Origin: a virus
Taxonomy: Duplodnaviria; Caudoviricetes
Reading direction: 5' to 3' (one strand)
IMG/VR virus record: IMGVR_UViG_3300021371_000049
Location: 1-37,344 of that record
Length of the DNA stretch: 37,344 nt
This document shows, in pieces, positions 1 through 6,345 of the stretch. Position 1 is the first letter of the stretch. Each line of letters starts with the position of its first letter. The notes under the pieces are model-generated. The model had not been told where the DNA came from. It was given only the letters and a program-made list of their open reading frames with translations, and did no database searches. The position numbers and the translations under genes are program-made.

Positions 1-88
1 CTCTTTCAGTTGGACTTGCTGCTTTTGACCTTGACTTTGACCTTGACTTTGACTTTGACTTTGACTCTGAGCCTTGGCGAGTGTCCAT
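1..88. repeat. Left copy of terminal direct repeat or circular overlap, with 7 TTGACY hexamers (25-66)
   Basis: Identical to 37251-37344 except that the right copy has one extra TTGACT unit. Confidence 0.95.
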
Positions 89-123
89 AGTAGGGGGGGC
101 GAACCATTGTCCATAGTAGGGGG
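82..123 (+). repeat. 16-bp direct repeat TGTCCATAGTAGGGGG, two copies (82-97, 108-123)
   Basis: Read directly; period 26 nt; G-runs of 7 and 5. Confidence 0.9.
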
Positions 124-133
124 CGCAGGAAAG

Positions 134-148
134 TCTCACTCAGTGAGA
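134..148. promoter_or_regulatory. Palindromic operator-like site 1, TCTCACT-C-AGTGAGA
   Basis: Perfect 7-1-7 palindrome, repeated at 253, 980 and 36973; just upstream of a -35 box. Confidence 0.75.
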
Positions 149-159
149 GTACCTGAGAC

Positions 160-188
160 TTGACAGGCAGCCCAAAGTATGAGATAAT
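160..188 (+). promoter_or_regulatory. Host sigma70-type early promoter
   Basis: TTGACA (160-165), 17-nt spacer, extended -10 TGn-GATAAT (183-188). Confidence 0.8.
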
Positions 189-197
189 ATGTTTAAG

Positions 198-226
198 AAA
201 TGGGGAGAGTCCCTATTTATTTTTTT
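198..226 (+). terminator. Terminator- or attenuator-like hairpin in the early leader
   Basis: AAATGGGGA-GAG-TCCCTATTT stem followed by A and T7. Confidence 0.4.
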
Positions 227-235
227 CTTATTATA

Positions 236-248
236 TATCAATAACTTA
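236..248 (+). promoter_or_regulatory. IHF consensus site
   Basis: TATCAATAACTTA matches WATCAANNNNTTR exactly, with an upstream T-tract. Confidence 0.55.
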
Positions 249-252
249 CTAC

Positions 253-267
253 TCTCACTCAGTGAGA
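253..267. promoter_or_regulatory. Palindromic operator-like site 2
   Basis: TCTCACTCAGTGAGA immediately before the RBS (AGAGGA) of the first gene. Confidence 0.75.
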
Positions 268-285
268 CTTACAGAGGATTTCAAA

Positions 286-978
286 ATGAAATTACTAGAT
301 CGTAGTGGTGCTAACACTAAGTTAGCCAAGACCAATGATGGTTCTGAGTATCTTGTTGCAGGGTTATCACTCATGCCTGATGACATACTCTGTGCTTACC
401 GTAAACGTGCAGATTGTGGGGAGACTTGTCTTGTCTTTACTGGGATGGCTAGGGTATTCCCTAAGATCAACCAAGCAAGGCAGCGTAAAACTGACTGGTA
501 TCATTCAGATCAGGAAGGGTTCCTTGAGCAACTCCGCAAAGAACTGCGGTTACACCAAAAGAATTGTGAGAAGAAAGGTATCAAGCCTGCTGTAAGGCTT
601 AACGTGCTCAGCGATATTGCGTGGGAGAAGCATGGCATACCTCAAGAGTTCCCTGACATATTCTTCTATGACTACACGAAGAATGCGTTTCGTCTGGGGA
701 AAACTCCTGACAACTACAATCTCATCTTCTCATACAGTGGTGCTCCTGAGTACCAACAGTTTGTGGCTAGAGCATGGGAGACTGACTCTCCGATTGCTGT
801 GGTCTTTAAGAATCGAGTGCCTGACACCTTCATGGGTCGTGAGGTAGTTGATGGAGACAAGTCCGACCTTGACAACGTGGTAGCAGGTCGTGTTATAATT
901 GGTCTTGTCGAGAAGGTGTCGGGTAATGAGTCTCCAGTGTTCATGGTTGATCCCGACCTAATCGCAGTAGCAGCTTAA
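286..978 (+). CDS. GP88-family phage protein of unknown function
   Basis: Start moved to ATG 286 after AGAGGA; Cys cluster C-x7-C-x3-C; motifs VRLNVLSD and FYDYTK typical of GP88-like proteins. Confidence 0.7.
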   Translation: MKLLDRSGANTKLAKTNDGSEYLVAGLSLMPDDILCAYRKRADCGETCLVFTGMARVFPKINQARQRKTDWYHSDQEGFLEQLRKELRLHQKNCEKKGIKPAVRLNVLSDIAWEKHGIPQEFPDIFFYDYTKNAFRLGKTPDNYNLIFSYSGAPEYQQFVARAWETDSPIAVVFKNRVPDTFMGREVVDGDKSDLDNVVAGRVIIGLVEKVSGNESPVFMVDPDLIAVAA

Positions 979-979
979 C

Positions 980-994
980 TCTCACTGAGTGAGA
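980..994. promoter_or_regulatory. Palindromic operator-like site 3
   Basis: TCTCACTGAGTGAGA; 978-998 is the exact reverse complement of 130-150. Confidence 0.75.
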
Positions 995-1022
995 CTTTTA
1001 ACTTAACTTGAGGAATGTAATT

Positions 1023-1409
1023 ATGTTGTTATCTTTAATTGGTAAGTCACCTAAGGTGTCTAAAGTATTTGTTCGTACACTTGCAGCAACCCTACCTCTC
1101 TTGGGGTACAAGGTTAAACCTGATACCAAGAAGGTTCGTGTCAAGAATCTTGATGGTACTTGGAAGGTGGGTGCAAATGGTAAGGGTGTGTATCGCAGAG
1201 TCGGTAAGCTAGACAATCGGTTCTTTGCTGTACCTCGTTGGGGTCATGGGGCTGCTCTGATCTTGACAGCTCGTAAGGTTGTTAAGCGTGATCGTGAGGA
1301 CTTTGAGGGTGAGACATACTTGTCAAAGCATCGTGGTTATCTTACAATAGCTGTCGAGCACAGCAAGGGTCGCTTGTTGTGGGATGTACAGAACCGAGAC
1401 ATCCAGTAA
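1023..1409 (+). CDS. Basic early hypothetical protein
   Basis: ATG 1023 after GAGGA; in frame with ORF 1008-1409; K/R-rich. Confidence 0.75.
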   Translation: MLLSLIGKSPKVSKVFVRTLAATLPLLGYKVKPDTKKVRVKNLDGTWKVGANGKGVYRRVGKLDNRFFAVPRWGHGAALILTARKVVKRDREDFEGETYLSKHRGYLTIAVEHSKGRLLWDVQNRDIQ

Positions 1410-1416
1410 TCAATAC

Positions 1417-1445
1417 GAGGGTAGGTTATCCTGCCCTCACTTTTT
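1417..1445 (+). terminator. Rho-independent terminator candidate (early)
   Basis: GAGGGTAGG-TTAT-CCTGCCCTC stem followed by ACTTTTT. Confidence 0.65.
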
Positions 1446-1478
1446 CTAAACTAGGAGAATACATTAGGAGTATAGACT

Positions 1479-1628
1479 ATGAGATATTGTTATATAGTTT
1501 GGGTTGGCGATATAGACGAGCACTACGACAATTATCAAGAGGCTTTTTATGCTCTTGAAGATTGGGTAGAAAAAGGTCATGATGACGTAATCTTAGAAAT
1601 AATTCCAGAAAACAGGAGTGAGCTATGA
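1479..1628 (+). CDS. Small acidic early protein (49 aa; not in ORF track)
   Basis: AGGAG RBS; MRYCYIVWVGDIDEHYDNYQEAFYALEDWVEKGHDDVILE...; ATGA overlap with next gene. Confidence 0.75.
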   Translation: MRYCYIVWVGDIDEHYDNYQEAFYALEDWVEKGHDDVILEIIPENRSEL

Positions 1629-1828
1629 GTATATTAGATCAAGATACAAAAACTATCAGTGTTGGCGACATCTTCAATGATATGTGGATTGAAGAGATAT
1701 GGATAGGTTGTCACAGTGGTAGATGTATGGCGTACTACCACACTGTCTCGAAGTCTGGTACTAAATTTGTCTTTACCCACGATGAGGTTATGGCTTTACT
1801 TAAAGTTAAAGTGGAGGAAGTAGCATGA
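1625..1828 (+). CDS. Small early hypothetical protein
   Basis: AGGAG RBS; ATGA-coupled at both ends. Confidence 0.75.
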   Translation: MSILDQDTKTISVGDIFNDMWIEEIWIGCHSGRCMAYYHTVSKSGTKFVFTHDEVMALLKVKVEEVA

Positions 1829-2058
1829 TAGTAGGTCATCACGATACAGTTGCAATAACTGAGAAAGACTTTGAGGAGTATCACCTACACTGGCACGCTA
1901 GTGATGGTACTTTCGGTGACGAGTTCATCTGTCGCATCTACGGTCATGTAGACAAGGCTGTCAAGGCTGCTCAGTTAATAGCTAACAAGCAGTGTGAATA
2001 TGTATCATATCCAGTGGTTATGAAATCATGGTCAGAATGGGAGAATGAGAATGACTAA
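1825..2058 (+). CDS. Small early hypothetical protein
   Basis: GGAGG RBS; ATGA overlap. Confidence 0.75.
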   Translation: MIVGHHDTVAITEKDFEEYHLHWHASDGTFGDEFICRIYGHVDKAVKAAQLIANKQCEYVSYPVVMKSWSEWENEND

Positions 2059-2251
2059 TTATGATAAGCTAGACGCAGTTAAGAACATTCGCTACGAGTC
2101 CTTTGCAGGGGGTGAGCCTTACATCATGACTCGTGAGGAAGCTGAAGATCACTTTGAGTGTCTCATCGAGGCACTACAGGGGTACTACCCTGATGGTGCG
2201 GTGTTTGCAATGGACGAGAATAATCATGACATCTTCATCGAATGGGACTAA
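2045..2251 (+). CDS. Small acidic early hypothetical protein (start may be 2051)
   Basis: Overlaps the previous stop; GGAG upstream. Confidence 0.7.
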   Translation: MRMTNYDKLDAVKNIRYESFAGGEPYIMTREEAEDHFECLIEALQGYYPDGAVFAMDENNHDIFIEWD

Positions 2252-2399
2252 GGTAGAAAAGATAGTCATACCTGATGCTGCGATAAGGGAGTTCAATGAG
2301 AAGTATGGTAAGTATTTACCAAAACCTCAGGAGACTATCCCTTACGTAGATGAGGATGCAATGTACCTACAATATGTAATGGGGGTTACTGATGAGTGA
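2226..2399 (+). CDS. Small early hypothetical protein
   Basis: 3' part of ORF 2133-2399; ATG 2226 chosen to limit overlap. Confidence 0.55.
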   Translation: MTSSSNGTKVEKIVIPDAAIREFNEKYGKYLPKPQETIPYVDEDAMYLQYVMGVTDE

Positions 2400-2697
2400 A
2401 GCAACACATGGCGGCAAAGGTAGCAAGCGTAGACCTACTGATGCTGACAAGTACAACCAAAACTATGACCGTATCTTTTGTAAGAAAGGTACTCAACCAA
2501 AGACACAGGAGAAAACTAAAGTGGATCATTTAGATTACAACGAAGCATCAGCATGGAGACCTGCTTGTGGTGGCACTGAGCGACCGTTCGAGTGGGGTGG
2601 TAAAGAGTATTTGTATATGTGGAATCACGAGACAGGTGAACACGCATATTACAATGCTACCGATGATGTCTTTGAACCTAACGTGGAGTTTAACTAA
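2392..2697 (+). CDS. Early hypothetical protein, possibly two fused modules
   Basis: N-terminal HGGKGSKRRP module and C-terminal WRPACGGTE module; internal AGGAG and in-frame GTG at 2521. Confidence 0.7.
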   Translation: MSEATHGGKGSKRRPTDADKYNQNYDRIFCKKGTQPKTQEKTKVDHLDYNEASAWRPACGGTERPFEWGGKEYLYMWNHETGEHAYYNATDDVFEPNVEFN

Positions 2698-2873
2698 TGT
2701 ATCTAGTATCTTGGAGTGACACTAACGGCTACCATGACATGACCTTTAACGATTACCAAGAAGCAATAGAGTTCTTGGCTGATCTTGAGGATAACTGTAC
2801 TGGTAGTTCCTTTACTACTCTTAATGACGCTGACGATGAGCGTGAGGAGCACTGGTACGATGCCAACTCTTGA
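2697..2873 (+). CDS. Small highly acidic protein (58 aa; not in ORF track)
   Basis: TAATG coupling and GGAG RBS; MYLVSWSDTNGYHDMTFNDYQEAIEFLADLED...; 15 D/E versus 1 R and no K. Confidence 0.7.
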   Translation: MYLVSWSDTNGYHDMTFNDYQEAIEFLADLEDNCTGSSFTTLNDADDEREEHWYDANS

Positions 2874-3633
2874 TGACCAGATTGAACTTGAGTATCTCAT
2901 GGTTCAGTCAGGTATCAAGCGTTACCAAAAGCAGATGAGTGATCTCGCTGCTAGTGGGCATGGTGCAAAGACTCTGCATGGTAGGGCTATCGTAGCAGGG
3001 GTAGCTCAGGCAGTAGCGTTAGCCATTGATGAGTTCATACAGTCGAACCTTAAGATGAAGGTCAAGACTTTATTAAAGCAGAGTGACCCAAGACAGTTAG
3101 CCTACTTGTCTTTGATAAGTGTGGTTGATAGGATTGCAGGTCAGACTCCTTTGATGGGTGCAGCCTTGTTCGTAGGTACACAGGTGGAGACTCAGCAACG
3201 ACTTGAGAAGTGGATACAGGCTGATAAACAGACTGCTAACTACATGATCAAGCAGGCTAACAAGAAATCTGACAAGGGCTTTGACCACAAGCGTCATGGT
3301 CTGAACCATAAGATGAAGTCGGATGGTGTTGATATACCTTACTGGTCTCGTACAGATCGGATAGCTGTAGGTATGAAGCTCATCTCTCTTATCGTAGAGA
3401 ACTCAGGGATAGCTAAGATAGTTAAGAAGGGTGATGGTAGGAAAACTACTTCGTATGTTGTGGCTACTGAGTCTACACTTCAGTGGGTCAAGACGTTCAA
3501 CGAAACGAAGGAGAAGAACTTACCTCGCTATGCTCCCTGCATTATCGAGCCTAAGGATTGGGATAGCTTTTGGGGTGGTGGCTATTACAGTGACCACATA
3601 AATCAGAAACCTTTTGTCAAGGTGCATACATGA
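2860..3633 (+). CDS. T7-family RNA polymerase, N-terminal fragment (257 aa)
   Basis: GAGGAG RBS before ATG 2860; ends PCIIEPKDW...GGGYY...FVKVHT, aligning by eye to T7 RNAP PCVVPPKPW...GGGYW...LVRTHS (~270-301). Confidence 0.9.
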   Translation: MPTLDDQIELEYLMVQSGIKRYQKQMSDLAASGHGAKTLHGRAIVAGVAQAVALAIDEFIQSNLKMKVKTLLKQSDPRQLAYLSLISVVDRIAGQTPLMGAALFVGTQVETQQRLEKWIQADKQTANYMIKQANKKSDKGFDHKRHGLNHKMKSDGVDIPYWSRTDRIAVGMKLISLIVENSGIAKIVKKGDGRKTTSYVVATESTLQWVKTFNETKEKNLPRYAPCIIEPKDWDSFWGGGYYSDHINQKPFVKVHT

Positions 3634-5300
3634 ACGAAGAAACTCAGAAATATATAGATGAGTTCGAGCAGTATGATTTATCCATGGAGTATGGGTGCGT
3701 CAATGCTCTGCAAAAAACTCCTTGGAGAATAAACACTTACGTCCTAGAGACTCTTAGAGCTGTCTGGGATAGCGGTGAGGAATGGAAAGGTTTACCTGCC
3801 AAGTATGACAGGGCGTTGCCTGTGTACCCTTTTGGGGACACTAAGATACAGGACGTTGAGGACAAGGCAGCAGTCAAGAAGTTTAAGAGAGACCGTACTA
3901 AGATACATACCCTGAACAACAGGGAAATGTCTAAGCGGATACAGGTGGAGCGTACACTTCAGATAGCTGAGGAGTATGCCGAGAGGGAAAAGATGTGGTA
4001 TGTCTGGCAGTGTGACTTCAGGGGTCGTAAGTACCCTGTAGAATCCTTCCTGTCTCCACAGAATGCTGACTACAGCAAAGCTCTACTAGAGTTTGCGTCT
4101 CCTGCCACTATAGTTACTACCGAGGATGCCAAGTGGTTGGCTATTCATGGTGCTAATCTATTCGGGGTGGATAAGGTTAGCTTAGAAGATCGTGAGATGT
4201 GGGCGTACTTCAATGCAGATAAGGCTATTGATGTATGCAACAACCCTCTCGGCAACTCGTGGTGGCAAGAGGCTGACAAGCCTTGGCAAGCACTAGCATG
4301 GTGCAAAGAGTGGGCAGAGTACAACGTCGCTAGAGCTAATGGGGAGACGTATGAGACGTACTTACCTTGCGCTAGTGATGGTACGTGTAACGGCTTACAA
4401 CACCTCTCAGCGATGCTCAGGGACTCTGAAGGTGGGCGTAGTGTAAACCTAACGCCTAGCCCAGTACCTCAGGACATCTACAGGGATGTTGCGGAGAAAA
4501 CTACAGAACTTTTACAGGTCGAGGCTGACAATGGGGAGATACTTGCTCAACAATTACTCACCCTTGGGATTGACCGTAAGATTTGTAAGAGACCTGTAAT
4601 GATTGTGCCTTACAGTGGTACGCTTCATGCGTGTAAGTCATACATCAAGGAAGCCTTGGAAGAAAAGCTAGAGGATATGGATTACAATCCCTTTGGGGAC
4701 AGTGACTTGTTCCGACCGTCTCAGTACTTAGCCAAGTATGTGTGGCAGGCTATCTCTGAGGTTATCGTAGCTGCCTTTGAGGTCATGGATTACATCAAGG
4801 ACATCTCAAGGTTGTATGCCAAGGCAGGTAAGCAGTTCAGTTGGGTCACACCTACCAACCTACTGGTCAGGCAAACGTACAAGGAGAAGAAAGGGCGTAG
4901 AGTTCATACGCATATCTCTGGTAGTATGGTTACTGTCCATGTTAAGGATGGTATACCCGACACAATCAACGTAAGGAAGGCAGTATCTAGTGCCAGTCCT
5001 AACTTTGTACATTCCTTAGACGCTTCGGCTCTAACCATGACTGTACATGAGGCACTCAAGGACGGTATCAAGGACTTTGCGATGGTACATGACAGTTTTG
5101 GGACACACTCTCCCAATATGCCGTTGTTCAACCTACGCATAAGAGAATCGTTCGCAAAGCTTTACACTGAGAACGATGTGTTGTACAATCTCTACCTGAG
5201 AGCTAGTGAGGAGTTGCCTGATGCTGATGTACCTAAGCCACCTGAGAAGGGAGACTTGGACATAAATGAGGTGCTCGTAAGTCCTTACTTTTTCTCATAA
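3630..5300 (+). CDS. T7-family RNA polymerase, catalytic C-terminal fragment (556 aa)
   Basis: DFRGR, motif A SDGTCNGLQH, motif B RKICKRPVMIVPY, PNFVHSLDA, motif C VHDSFGT, C-terminal YFFS. Confidence 0.95.
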   Translation: MNEETQKYIDEFEQYDLSMEYGCVNALQKTPWRINTYVLETLRAVWDSGEEWKGLPAKYDRALPVYPFGDTKIQDVEDKAAVKKFKRDRTKIHTLNNREMSKRIQVERTLQIAEEYAEREKMWYVWQCDFRGRKYPVESFLSPQNADYSKALLEFASPATIVTTEDAKWLAIHGANLFGVDKVSLEDREMWAYFNADKAIDVCNNPLGNSWWQEADKPWQALAWCKEWAEYNVARANGETYETYLPCASDGTCNGLQHLSAMLRDSEGGRSVNLTPSPVPQDIYRDVAEKTTELLQVEADNGEILAQQLLTLGIDRKICKRPVMIVPYSGTLHACKSYIKEALEEKLEDMDYNPFGDSDLFRPSQYLAKYVWQAISEVIVAAFEVMDYIKDISRLYAKAGKQFSWVTPTNLLVRQTYKEKKGRRVHTHISGSMVTVHVKDGIPDTINVRKAVSSASPNFVHSLDASALTMTVHEALKDGIKDFAMVHDSFGTHSPNMPLFNLRIRESFAKLYTENDVLYNLYLRASEELPDADVPKPPEKGDLDINEVLVSPYFFS

Positions 5301-5301
5301 T

Positions 5302-5320
5302 TTTATTATCGACACTATAG
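5302..5320 (+). promoter_or_regulatory. Phage RNAP promoter 1 (replication genes)
   Basis: TTTATTATCGACACTATAG; SP6-like GACACTATAG end; 16-nt core repeated at 13747 and 35880. Confidence 0.85.
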
Positions 5321-5345
5321 CCCGTAAACAACAGAGGAAATATCT

Positions 5346-5990
5346 ATGGCTAACAAAATGATGACACTTAAGGGTAACGCAATGTGGGCAAAGGTCTTTG
5401 AGCCTGACACAAAGTTTGACCCTAATGGTATCTACACCATCAACCTTCAGTTACCTGAGGAAGAAGCAGCACAGATGTGTGAGCAGTTAGAACAGCTTGC
5501 TCAAGAGCGTTTCAATCAAGAGGTCAAGCGTAAGCCTGCCTTGAAGAACACTCTGTCCATGTCTACACCTGTCAACCCTGTCTATGATCGTGACACTGGT
5601 GACGCTACAGGTGATGTTGAGTTCAAGTTCAAGCTCAAGGCTAAGATCAACACCAAGGCAGGTGACGTATACGACCAGAAGGTTGCTGTATTCGATGCCA
5701 AGCGTAAGCCTATTGAAGGTGGTGTCAATATCGGTAATGGTTCTACTGTCAAGGTAGCTTTTGAACCTATCCCATACATGATGTCTGCTACTAAGACAGT
5801 CGGTGTGTCGTTACGTCTCAAGGCTGTTCAGGTTATTGATCTTGTAGAGTACTCAAACTCTTCTAGTATCTTTGACGAGGAAGACGGTTACGAAGCTACT
5901 ACTGCTGAAGTAACACCTATCCGTAAGGATGAGACACCTTTCGATGATGATGGTCTACAGGGAGCTTTAGCTGCTGATGGCGACTTCTAG
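5346..5990 (+). CDS. Single-stranded DNA-binding protein (T7 gp2.5-like)
   Basis: EPDTKF, GVSLRLKAVQVIDLVE, acidic tail ending in DF. Confidence 0.92.
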   Translation: MANKMMTLKGNAMWAKVFEPDTKFDPNGIYTINLQLPEEEAAQMCEQLEQLAQERFNQEVKRKPALKNTLSMSTPVNPVYDRDTGDATGDVEFKFKLKAKINTKAGDVYDQKVAVFDAKRKPIEGGVNIGNGSTVKVAFEPIPYMMSATKTVGVSLRLKAVQVIDLVEYSNSSSIFDEEDGYEATTAEVTPIRKDETPFDDDGLQGALAADGDF

Positions 5991-6345
5991 GAGCACACTA
6001 GAAGAAAGGGTTCAGGCAGACCTAGACGAGCGTGGGGTAAGTTACGAGTACGAACCTTGTAACCTACCCTATGTAGTCCAGAGAAACTATGTGCCTGACC
6101 TTAAAATCGAGGATATGTATATAGAGGTCAAGGGGTACTTTCGCCAAGACGCTCAACGTAAGATGCGTAACGTGAAGGAGCAGCACCCTGATCTCGATAT
6201 ACGATTCCTTTTCCAAAAACTTAACAGTACGGTTCAAGGTGCTAAGCGTCGTAAGGATGGTAGCAAAATGACTTGTGCTGAATGGGCAGATAGATATGGG
6301 TTTACATACGCTGAAGGAGTTATCCCCGATGAGTGGCTCAGATGA
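5977..6345 (+). CDS. Endonuclease I (T7 gp3-like)
   Basis: RSTLE, YVPD, IEVKG, QHPDLDIRFLF, AEWA motifs. Confidence 0.92.
   Translation: MATSRSTLEERVQADLDERGVSYEYEPCNLPYVVQRNYVPDLKIEDMYIEVKGYFRQDAQRKMRNVKEQHPDLDIRFLFQKLNSTVQGAKRRKDGSKMTCAEWADRYGFTYAEGVIPDEWLR

Noticed and set aside
160-285. TTG-started N-terminal extension of the first ORF
   Set aside because: The TTG belongs to the -35 box; the RBS supports ATG 286
134-994. Palindrome copies as a CRISPR array
   Set aside because: Only 15-21 bp, irregular spacing, whole genes between copies and no cas genes
2785-2859. Hydrophobic signal-like extension on the RNAP N-terminal fragment
   Set aside because: It is the shadow frame of gene 2697-2873; GAGGAG supports ATG 2860
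4106-4113. CACTATAG inside the RNAP gene as another phage promoter
   Set aside because: Lacks the TTTATTATCGA part of the core
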